Part shown: positions 28,960 to 37,417 of the stretch, piece by piece
Numbering within the stretch: the stretch's first letter is position 1
How the letters are laid out: every line of letters begins with the position of its first letter
Origin: Fidelibacterota bacterium
Lineage (GTDB): Bacteria; Fidelibacterota; Marinisomatia; Marinisomatales; UBA1611
NCBI GenBank assembly: GCA_018649625.1
Contig: JABIHN010000016.1
Span: forward strand, 23,734 to 87,733
Reading direction: 5' to 3'
DNA length: 64,000 nucleotides
Notes under the pieces: model-generated
The model's database searches: none
Seen by the model: the letters and a program-made list of their open reading frames with translations, nothing else
What the model was told of the DNA's origin: nothing
Program-made: the position numbers and the translations under genes

Positions 28960-31900
28960 CATCTGAATTCGTCCACTTACATAACCATTCTGACTATAGT
29001 CTCCTCGATGGTGCACAACGCATTGATCAATTGGTGAATACCATTGATGATTTAAATATGGATTCAGTAGCGCTGACTGAACATGGGAATATGTTTAGTG
29101 TAGTTCCTTATTATAATCGTGCAAAAAAAGCAGGGATTAAACCAATTATTGGATGTGAGATTTATGTAGCAACAGGGTCTCGTTTTGAGAAAAAAACAAC
29201 AGTAGAAGGTGGATGGGGTAATAATCACCTAATCTTGTTAGCTCAAAATTACACAGGATATAAAAATTTAATGAAACTGGTTACGGCCGGTTATTTAGAA
29301 GGGTTTTACTACCGACCAAGGGTAGATGTTGAGCTTCTTCGTCAATTTAGTGAAGGACTGATTTGTATGTCCGCCTGTTTAAAAGGCGAAGTTCCAGAAA
29401 AAATGTTGAAGGGCGATTATGAAGGAGCAAAAGCAGCAGCACTTAGATTTGCAGAGATATTTCCAGATCGATATTATTTAGAAATTCAAAATCACGGTAT
29501 TCCTGAAGAAGAAGCGAATATAAAGAATATGAAAAAATTAGCGGCAGATTTAAACCTACCGTTAGTTTGTACTAATGATGCCCATTACGCAAAACAATCT
29601 CATTGGGAAGCTCATGATATTCACATTTGTCTTGGGACGGGAAATGTAAGAAGTGATGAAAAGCGATTGCGATATGCCACGCCGGAATTCTATTTCAAAA
29701 CTCAAGATGAAATGTTTAATCTTTTCAAAGAATTTCCTCAAGCGATTGAAAATACAAGACGAATTGCTGATAGCATTAATGTAGAATTAAAAATGGGTGA
29801 ATATCATTTGCCAAATTTCCCCATTCCTGAAGGTTCTCCCACAAAGGATCCTGATGAATATTTGAAAATTTTAACCCAAGCTGGGGCAGGGCTTCTTTAT
29901 GGCGAAATAACGCCATCAATCCAAAAAAGAATTGATCATGAACTTTTGGTTATAAAAAACATGGGGTTTGCTGGCTATTTTTTAATTACAGCAGATTTTG
30001 TTCAATATTCAAAAGACCAAATGATTCCAGTCGGTCCCGGTCGTGGGTCTGCTGCTGGAAGTATTGTATCTTATGCGTTGGGTATTACAAGTATAGATCC
30101 TTTAAAACATGACCTTCTTTTTGAACGTTTCTTAAATCCGAATAGAGTAAGTATGCCGGATATTGATATTGATTTTTGTATTGAACGTCGTGGCGAAGTC
30201 ATTGATTATATCAAAGATCAGTATGGTGAAAATTCGGTAACTCAAATTATCACTTTTGGAAAAATGAGAGCCAAACAGGTAGTGCGTGATGTCGGTCGTG
30301 TGATGGGATATTCATTTGGAGAAGTAAATAAAATTGCGAAGGCAATTCCGAATGAATTAAATATCACACTGGATAAGGCGCTTGAAAAAAGTCCGGATCT
30401 TCAACAGATGGCAGAAGGCGATTACAAAGAATTAATGACTCATTCCAAAGTATTGGAAGGGATGAATCGTCATGCATCAATCCACGCTGCAGGCGTAGTA
30501 ATTGTTCCCGGTGATCTTACCGATTATATCCCACTTTATAAATCTTCTACAGATGATATAACAAGCCAATACGACATGAAAGGTCTCGAAGAGCTAGGGC
30601 TTTTAAAAATGGATTTTCTTGGGCTGCGAACTTTAACTGTAATTGATAAAGCTGTAAAATTAATTGCACAAAAAGGGAAAATTGTTAATATAGAAAAAAT
30701 ATCATTTGAAGATGAAAAAGTTTATGAGCTTTTTGCTAAAGGATTGACAATTGGCGTATTTCAGTTTGAATCTTCTGGGATGCGTGAGTTTTTAAAAAAA
30801 CTAAAACCAACCGTGATTGAAGATTTAATTGCTATGAATGCATTATACCGTCCGGGTCCGATGGAAAATATTGATGATTTCATTTCTAGAAAACATGGTG
30901 AAAAGAAAATTGTGTATTCACATGCTCTTCTGGAGTCGATTTTAAAAGAAACTTATGGAATTATCGTATATCAGGAACAAGTAATGCAAATTGCTCACGA
31001 GGTTGCTGATTTTACCTTAGCAGAAGCGGATATTATGCGTCGCGCCATGGGGAAAAAGCAAGATAAGGTGATGGATGAATTGTCTGTGAAATTTGTGGAA
31101 GGCTCAGGTAAAAAAGGAATATCTAAGAAAAAAGCTGAAGAGATTTTTCTATTAATTAAAAAGTTTGCAAAATATGGATTTAATAAAAGTCATTCAGCGG
31201 CTTACGCATATATTGCGTATCAAACTGCTTGGTTAAAAACTTATTACCCTGCTGAATTTATGAGCGCAAATCTTTCCAGTGAAATTGGGAAAATGGACAG
31301 AGTTGTAATTTTAATAAATGAATGTAAAAAATTAGAATTAGACGTAACACCACCAGATATAAATGTTTCGTATCAAGAGTTTAGACCGGTGAATGAAACT
31401 AAAATTTCCTATGGGTTAAATGCCATAAAAAACGTGGGTACAAAAGCATTAGAAACCATTATTGATGAACGCAGTAAAAATGGAAAATATGAATCTATTT
31501 TTGATTTATGTGCTCGCATAGATCAACAGAAAGTAAATAAGCGAGTGATAGAAAGTATGATTATGTCGGGTACAATGGATTCATTAGATGGAAACCGTGC
31601 TCAACAATTTTCTGCTATCGATGAAGCAATAAGATATGGTCAGCAGATGCAAAGTGAAAAAGATCGCAATCAATTTGACTTGTTTGGTGGTGGCAATCAG
31701 GATGATATATTAATTAAAACACCCATTCTTCAGCAAATGGCTGATTGGTCAGAAAAGGATTCATTAGCGAAAGAAAAAGAAGTTCTTGGTTCATATATTT
31801 CAGGTCATCCCCTTTTAGAACATGCGGAAGATTTGGAAGAATTCACATCCATTACTTTTGGAGAAGAGCAGGAATTTTCAAAAAATGATACCATTGTCGT

Positions 31901-32390
31901 TGGTGGAATGATTACTCGAATTGTAAACCGGTTTGATCGTCGAAACCGTGAAATGGCATTTTTTGATATGGATTGTCTTGGTGGACAAGCTGAAGTGATT
32001 GCATTCAGTGATTGTTTTAAATCTTATGGAAATTTAATCGAAGAAGGTAATGTGGTGTTCGTTAGAGGGAAACCGTCAGATGGAACCGATTTTTCTGATT
32101 TAAAAATTATGGGAGATGAAATCATTCCTGTGGATAGAGTACGTAATCGATTATCACAAAAATTGAATATTAAATTTCCGTCTGGAGAAATCAAACCTGA
32201 AGATATTGATGAGTTGATGAATATTTCAAAACGATATCCGGGTGAATGTAAATTGATTTTTCATTTACCGAATAATGGATCTCCGCGTCCTATGAAAGTG
32301 ATGGCTCATAATATTAAAATATCTACTGAACGAGAATATATTCGAACACTAAGAACAAAGTACGGTAAGGATAATGTTTGGGTTGAATAA
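28956..32390 (+). CDS. dnaE: DNA polymerase III alpha subunit
   Basis: PHP domain HLHNHSDYSLLDG; GRGSAAGS, MPDIDIDF and YGFNKSH. Confidence 0.99.
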   Translation: MTSEFVHLHNHSDYSLLDGAQRIDQLVNTIDDLNMDSVALTEHGNMFSVVPYYNRAKKAGIKPIIGCEIYVATGSRFEKKTTVEGGWGNNHLILLAQNYTGYKNLMKLVTAGYLEGFYYRPRVDVELLRQFSEGLICMSACLKGEVPEKMLKGDYEGAKAAALRFAEIFPDRYYLEIQNHGIPEEEANIKNMKKLAADLNLPLVCTNDAHYAKQSHWEAHDIHICLGTGNVRSDEKRLRYATPEFYFKTQDEMFNLFKEFPQAIENTRRIADSINVELKMGEYHLPNFPIPEGSPTKDPDEYLKILTQAGAGLLYGEITPSIQKRIDHELLVIKNMGFAGYFLITADFVQYSKDQMIPVGPGRGSAAGSIVSYALGITSIDPLKHDLLFERFLNPNRVSMPDIDIDFCIERRGEVIDYIKDQYGENSVTQIITFGKMRAKQVVRDVGRVMGYSFGEVNKIAKAIPNELNITLDKALEKSPDLQQMAEGDYKELMTHSKVLEGMNRHASIHAAGVVIVPGDLTDYIPLYKSSTDDITSQYDMKGLEELGLLKMDFLGLRTLTVIDKAVKLIAQKGKIVNIEKISFEDEKVYELFAKGLTIGVFQFESSGMREFLKKLKPTVIEDLIAMNALYRPGPMENIDDFISRKHGEKKIVYSHALLESILKETYGIIVYQEQVMQIAHEVADFTLAEADIMRRAMGKKQDKVMDELSVKFVEGSGKKGISKKKAEEIFLLIKKFAKYGFNKSHSAAYAYIAYQTAWLKTYYPAEFMSANLSSEIGKMDRVVILINECKKLELDVTPPDINVSYQEFRPVNETKISYGLNAIKNVGTKALETIIDERSKNGKYESIFDLCARIDQQKVNKRVIESMIMSGTMDSLDGNRAQQFSAIDEAIRYGQQMQSEKDRNQFDLFGGGNQDDILIKTPILQQMADWSEKDSLAKEKEVLGSYISGHPLLEHAEDLEEFTSITFGEEQEFSKNDTIVVGGMITRIVNRFDRRNREMAFFDMDCLGGQAEVIAFSDCFKSYGNLIEEGNVVFVRGKPSDGTDFSDLKIMGDEIIPVDRVRNRLSQKLNIKFPSGEIKPEDIDELMNISKRYPGECKLIFHLPNNGSPRPMKVMAHNIKISTEREYIRTLRTKYGKDNVWVE

Positions 32391-32480
32391 TATTTTAAAT
32401 ATTAGAATAGAAACATGTTCAAATATTCCAACTACCCCAGATAAAAACATGAGAATTTTAACCTTTAAATACTTTTCTAA

Positions 32481-32924
32481 ATGATTGCTGTTATTCAGCG
32501 GTGTTCTCGAGGGAAAGTCACGGTTTCTGAAAAGGTTGTAGGTAAAATTGAACAGGGACTTGTAATATTACTTGGCGTCCAAATAGATGATACTGAAAAT
32601 GACGTAAATTATCTTGTGAATAAAATTTCTGGTTTGCGCATATTTAGAGATGAGAATGACAAAATGAATTTATCCATTAAAGATATAAATGGCTCAGTTT
32701 TAGTTATTAGTCAATTCACTTTATGTGGCAACACAAAAAAAGGTCGGCGACCAAGTTTTATAAATGCGGCTCCACCAGAAGACGGGAATCGGCTCTACGA
32801 ATATTTTATGACCGAAATTGAAAAGGAAAGCGTACCTGTTGAATCTGGTGAGTTTGGCGCAGATATGAAAGTTGAGTTGGTGAATGATGGCCCAGTCACA
32901 TTTGTTTTAAATAGTAAAGATTAA
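32481..32924 (+). CDS. dtd: D-aminoacyl-tRNA deacylase
   Basis: SQFTL, GRRPSF and NDGPVT. Confidence 0.98.
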   Translation: MIAVIQRCSRGKVTVSEKVVGKIEQGLVILLGVQIDDTENDVNYLVNKISGLRIFRDENDKMNLSIKDINGSVLVISQFTLCGNTKKGRRPSFINAAPPEDGNRLYEYFMTEIEKESVPVESGEFGADMKVELVNDGPVTFVLNSKD

Positions 32925-32925
32925 A

Positions 32926-33039
32926 TTATTTCATCAAACCCAATTTCTGTATTTTTCGATTTTCCCCACCCACCAATTCCACAAAATAGATTTCGCTGGA
33001 AATTTGGGATGAATTCCACTGTACTACTTGTTCTTTTGA
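32926..33039 (-). pseudogene. Remnant 3' end of a T9SS/FlgD-type C-terminal sorting-domain gene
   Basis: Manual translation SKEQVVQWNSSQISSEIYFVELVGGENRKIQKLGLMK* with no start codon and an in-frame stop just upstream. Confidence 0.65.
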
Positions 33040-33140
33040 TTAAATAAAGTTACACCAATCTAAATTAAATCAAAATCGCTCTAAACAGAGATATAATCTG
33101 GGGTATGAAGTGAGTGGCACAATGTTTAATTTTCATACCT

Positions 33141-33545
33141 ATGGAACAAAAAATTAGAATTATTATGGCGAAGCCCGGATTAGATGGCCATGACCGCGGA
33201 ATTAAGGTTTTAGCTGCTGCTTACCGTGATGCCGGAATGGAAGTTATTTATCTTGGACTACGTCAAACACCGGAAATGATAGTGTCTGCAGCTCAACAAG
33301 AAGATGCCGATGTTATTGCTCTTTCTAGTTTAAACAATGCTCATAATACTATTTTTCGCAATGTACTCAGCCTTATGAAAGAGAAAGGCTTAAATGATGT
33401 TCTTTTAGTCGGTGGGGGGATTATTCCTAAAAAGGATGTGGAAGATTTAGAAAATGAAGGTGTGGGAAAATTATTTGGTCCCGGAACTCCAGTTCAGCAG
33501 ACGGTGGATTTTATAACTCAATGGGTTAATACCAATAGAAGATAG
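33141..33545 (+). CDS. Stand-alone cobalamin-binding subunit of an acyl-CoA (methylmalonyl-CoA-type) mutase
   Basis: AKPGLDGHDRG (DxHxxG), GLRQTPE, GGGIIP and FGPGT. Confidence 0.92.
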   Translation: MEQKIRIIMAKPGLDGHDRGIKVLAAAYRDAGMEVIYLGLRQTPEMIVSAAQQEDADVIALSSLNNAHNTIFRNVLSLMKEKGLNDVLLVGGGIIPKKDVEDLENEGVGKLFGPGTPVQQTVDFITQWVNTNRR

Positions 33546-33550
33546 GTAGA

Positions 33551-34267
33551 GTGGATTTAAATAATCAAATTGAATTAGAATTGTATTTTGCCGATCATTT
33601 TGATACAATTCTGTTTCCTGTATTGGCAGATATTTATTTAGAGCAAAATGATTTTAAGCGTGCGCGTAAAGTTTGCGAAATTGGTTTAGGATATCATAAA
33701 AATGACCCATCGGGTCGATTTATACTGGCGCGACTCGAAAAAGCTGAAGGCAATTTAAAAGAAGTAGAGAATGAATTAGAACGTGTTTTATTGTATTCTG
33801 ATGACCATCTCGCCGCCGCATTAATGTTATGTGAAATACAAACAGTTTTGGGTCGAGCATCAAGCCGTTTGTTAAAAACTTGGAAACATGTTCTCGCAAT
33901 TGACCCCAATAATAAAACAGCACAAGACTTCATTAAAAAAGTTGAATGGGGAAATGAAAAAGCTGCACAGAAAAAAATCCTATCCCCTAAAAAAGAAATT
34001 AAAAATACAGTTGTTCACAAAAATGCAATCGCTCCTCCAAAAATAAAAATAACGCCTGAGCCTCTTTTAGATCACCCTACAGAACCATTAAAAGTAAGTT
34101 CACGTTTAGCGACATTCACGTTAGTTGCAGTTCTTAAAAACCAAGGATTGTTTGACCAAGCATTGGAAGTATTAGATGCCTTGGAAGAGAAAGGGCAAAA
34201 CCTCAAGTCCATTGCACTTGAGCGGGAAACGATTCAAACATTAATAAAAAATATACATAAGAGTTAA
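33551..34267 (+). CDS. TPR-like hypothetical protein
   Basis: FPVLADIYLEQNDFKRARKVCEIGL and ATFTLVAVLKNQGLFDQALEVL TPR-like helices; GTG start. Confidence 0.65.
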   Translation: MDLNNQIELELYFADHFDTILFPVLADIYLEQNDFKRARKVCEIGLGYHKNDPSGRFILARLEKAEGNLKEVENELERVLLYSDDHLAAALMLCEIQTVLGRASSRLLKTWKHVLAIDPNNKTAQDFIKKVEWGNEKAAQKKILSPKKEIKNTVVHKNAIAPPKIKITPEPLLDHPTEPLKVSSRLATFTLVAVLKNQGLFDQALEVLDALEEKGQNLKSIALERETIQTLIKNIHKS

Positions 34268-34276
34268 TTAAAAAAT

Positions 34277-35359
34277 ATGAGCAATTCAATTTATTCAAAA
34301 CGTCAAGAGAATCTAAGTAATGTGTTAGCCAAAAAAGGGTTAGATGGAATCTTAATCACTAATTTGACAAATATTCGATATATTTCAGGATTTACGGGTT
34401 CTGCTGCATCTTGTTTAGTGACGCCAGAAGGTAAATATTTTATTACTGATGGTCGCTATATTGAGCAGTCAAAAGAACAAGTAAAAGGATTTGAAAGATT
34501 TATTGATATGAGTTCACACTTTGCTCAGATAAAAAATAATAAATTAAATCCAAACGGATTCAAATTAGCTTTTGAGGGCGACCATATGAGTTTTGCCCAA
34601 TATAAGAGAATGACCGCAGCATTCCCCAATACAAAATGGGAAAACTCATCTATGATTTTGGAAAATTTGGCTGCTGTAAAAGATCAATCGGAATTAGATT
34701 ATCTCCGTATAGCTGTAGAAGTAACTGATAAAGTATATGAAGAAATTTTGCCCATGCTTCGTCCAGGTTTTACCGAAAAACAGGTTGCGAATGCAATGGT
34801 TTCAAAATACCGTGAGTATGCAGAAGGCGAAGCCTATTCTCCCATTGTTGCTACGGGTCCCAATGGTGCATTGCCACATGCAATTCCAACAGATAGAGAA
34901 TTCAAAAAAGGGGATTTTATTGTCATTGATGCCGCCGCAAAATATGGCGGATATCATGCAGATATGACTCGAACGCCTGTTGTCGGTGAAGCTTCTGAAA
35001 AACATAAAGAAGTTTATAGTATTGTCAAAGAAGCCCAGAAACGTGGGTGTGACACGGCTAAGGCTGGTGTTGCTTGCAGTGTTGTGGATGCATCTACGCG
35101 GGATTATATAAAAGAGATGGGTTATAGTGAATATTACACTCATGGAACCGGACATGGTCTTGGGTTAGAAATTCACACATCACCACGGTTTAATCCGGAA
35201 AGTAAAGATATCCTAGCAGTGAATAATGTGATGACAATTGAACCTGGAATTTATATTGCAGGTTGGGGTGGAGTTCGGATAGAGGATGATGTCATTATTA
35301 ATGAAAACGATTGTGAAATATTAAATAAAACCACTAAAGAATTGGTCATCCTGAATTAA
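34277..35359 (+). CDS. Xaa-Pro peptidase (M24B)
   Basis: YISGFTGS, DMTRT, HGTGHGLGLEIH, TIEPGIY and GVRIED. Confidence 0.95.
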   Translation: MSNSIYSKRQENLSNVLAKKGLDGILITNLTNIRYISGFTGSAASCLVTPEGKYFITDGRYIEQSKEQVKGFERFIDMSSHFAQIKNNKLNPNGFKLAFEGDHMSFAQYKRMTAAFPNTKWENSSMILENLAAVKDQSELDYLRIAVEVTDKVYEEILPMLRPGFTEKQVANAMVSKYREYAEGEAYSPIVATGPNGALPHAIPTDREFKKGDFIVIDAAAKYGGYHADMTRTPVVGEASEKHKEVYSIVKEAQKRGCDTAKAGVACSVVDASTRDYIKEMGYSEYYTHGTGHGLGLEIHTSPRFNPESKDILAVNNVMTIEPGIYIAGWGGVRIEDDVIINENDCEILNKTTKELVILN

Positions 35360-35435
35360 TATATTTCCCTGCCCAATATATAATGAGTGATTAATAATTA
35401 GCTCATCATTCTCAGCGCTCTTTTCTTTCTAAAAC

Positions 35436-36170
35436 ATGATTGATATTTACACAAAACCCAAACTCTATGATGCTATTCATCAAAATTATAGTTGGGATAA
35501 AGATTTAATTACTTTATTGGCAAAAGATATTGGAGGTCCTGTTTTAGAATTAGCAGCAGGAACAGGTAGACTTACTTCTTTATTTTTAGATCTTGGACTT
35601 GAGTATACAGGCATTGATTTAAGTTCTGAGTTTTTATCTGTAGCCAATAAAAAGTATGGGAATCATGCAACTTTTATTCAAGGTGATATGTGTCAATTTG
35701 AGTTGAAAAAACAGTTCAAATTTATATTTATTGGATTTAATTCTTTTCTCCACAACCTAACAGATGATGATGCCAGACAATGTCTTCAATCCATTCAGAA
35801 TCATTTAATGAATGATGGTACATTTTTAGTTTCTATTTTTAAACCGGATCCATCATTTTTATATCGTGAAAAAGGGAAGCTTTATCCAGCTACGTCATTA
35901 TTTGATTTTGAAGGTAAACAATGCAGGATTATGGAAACAAATGATTTTAATGATGAAACACACGTGAATCACTTAACCTGGCGCTTAGAACGAGATGGAA
36001 ATCTGGAGACTGAAGAATACCAATTTAAGATGCGAATGTTTTATCCGCATGTTATGGATATTTTATTGAGTGATTCGGGGCTAAGAATCAAAGAAAAAAT
36101 GGGCGATTATGATGGCTCACCCATGGATGAAGAAAGTGGGATGCAAATTTATGTCTGTGAAAAAACCTAA
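35436..36170 (+). CDS. Class I SAM-dependent methyltransferase
   Basis: VLELAAGTGR, GIDLS and QGDM. Confidence 0.9.
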   Translation: MIDIYTKPKLYDAIHQNYSWDKDLITLLAKDIGGPVLELAAGTGRLTSLFLDLGLEYTGIDLSSEFLSVANKKYGNHATFIQGDMCQFELKKQFKFIFIGFNSFLHNLTDDDARQCLQSIQNHLMNDGTFLVSIFKPDPSFLYREKGKLYPATSLFDFEGKQCRIMETNDFNDETHVNHLTWRLERDGNLETEEYQFKMRMFYPHVMDILLSDSGLRIKEKMGDYDGSPMDEESGMQIYVCEKT

Positions 36171-36789
36171 AAAATTATCGATTCAAAAAGCAGTTTCTGC
36201 TTTAAAAATATTAGATCCTGAATTGGTAACCCTTTTGGATGCATTTAAGATAGATGATTTATATCCAGAAACGGATTATTTTAAATCTTTAACTCGCGCA
36301 ATTATTTATCAGCAATTAAGCGGTAAAGCAGCTAAAACGATTTCAGATAGATTTGTTGCACTTTACTCAGGGAAAGATTATCCGTCTCCAAATGATGTAT
36401 TAAATACCGAGCATAAAATTTTACGGTCAGTAGGGCTTTCAAATGCCAAAGCAAATTATATAAAAAATATTTCTCAAGCTTTTTTAGATGGAACTGTTGA
36501 TTATAAAAATTTAGATAACCTTTCTGATGAAGAAATCATGGAACAACTCCTTACCATCAAAGGTGTGGGACCTTGGACTGCACAAATGTTTCTTATGTTT
36601 ACCTTAAATCGACCAGATGTTTTTCCGATTGGCGACTTAGGTGTTCAAAAAGGGTTTCAACAGTATTTTAAATTAAACAAATTACCAACACCAAAAGAAA
36701 TGAATCAAAGAGCCAAACAGTGGAAACCATTTCGAACTGTAGTGTCCTTTTATTTCTGGAAAGTAGTGGATGGCCCATTTGAGTGGTGA
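36151..36789 (+). CDS. DNA-3-methyladenine glycosylase II (AlkA-like, HhH-GPD)
   Basis: IIYQQLSGKAA, LRSVGLS and IKGVGPWTAQM...DVFPIGDLG. Confidence 0.92.
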   Translation: MSVKKPKKLSIQKAVSALKILDPELVTLLDAFKIDDLYPETDYFKSLTRAIIYQQLSGKAAKTISDRFVALYSGKDYPSPNDVLNTEHKILRSVGLSNAKANYIKNISQAFLDGTVDYKNLDNLSDEEIMEQLLTIKGVGPWTAQMFLMFTLNRPDVFPIGDLGVQKGFQQYFKLNKLPTPKEMNQRAKQWKPFRTVVSFYFWKVVDGPFEW

Positions 36790-36790
36790 A

Positions 36791-37417
36791 ATGATAAAAA
36801 CTATATTTTTTGATATTGGTGGTGTTTTGATAAATATTCACCCTGAAAAAACATTCCAATATTTAAGCGATTGCACAGATATATCGGTAGAAGAAATTCG
36901 GGATCGATTTCCTGTGATTGCCCATGATGAATATGAAAAGGGTAATCTCACAAATACAGAATGGTATTTAGCTGTTAAAGATTCATTACCTCAACCTTGT
37001 TGCCTGAAAGAAGTAGATTTTTGGCGTGCCTGGAAATTGCTATTGGGAGAAGAAAAAGAGACAGTAAAACTTCTTAGAAAATTAAGAGAGACCTATTCTA
37101 TTTGGTTATTATCTAACACCAATCCACAACATATTCGAGATGAGATTGAACAGCGCTACACATTTCCACAGTTAGTTCATGGAACAGTATATTCATTTGA
37201 TGTAGGATTACGAAAACCCGATAAAGAGATTTATATTACTGCAGCCCAGTTAGCTGATACATGCCCTAAAGACTCAATTTTTATTGACGATTTGGAAGAG
37301 AATATACATTCAGCAATCAAAGAAGGTTTTACAGGCATCCATTTTAAAACCATTGAACAATTAGAAATAGATTTGGAAATGCTGGGGCTTTTCCAAAAAG
37401 AAAAGGAATCCCTATGA
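36791..37417 (+). CDS. HAD-family phosphatase (YihX-like)
   Basis: FFDIGGVL, LSNTN, RKPD and FIDD. Confidence 0.9.
   Translation: MIKTIFFDIGGVLINIHPEKTFQYLSDCTDISVEEIRDRFPVIAHDEYEKGNLTNTEWYLAVKDSLPQPCCLKEVDFWRAWKLLLGEEKETVKLLRKLRETYSIWLLSNTNPQHIRDEIEQRYTFPQLVHGTVYSFDVGLRKPDKEIYITAAQLADTCPKDSIFIDDLEENIHSAIKEGFTGIHFKTIEQLEIDLEMLGLFQKEKESL

Noticed and set aside
28956-32390. Intein or split gene in dnaE
   Set aside because: Normal length (1144 aa), contiguous motifs and no intein signature.
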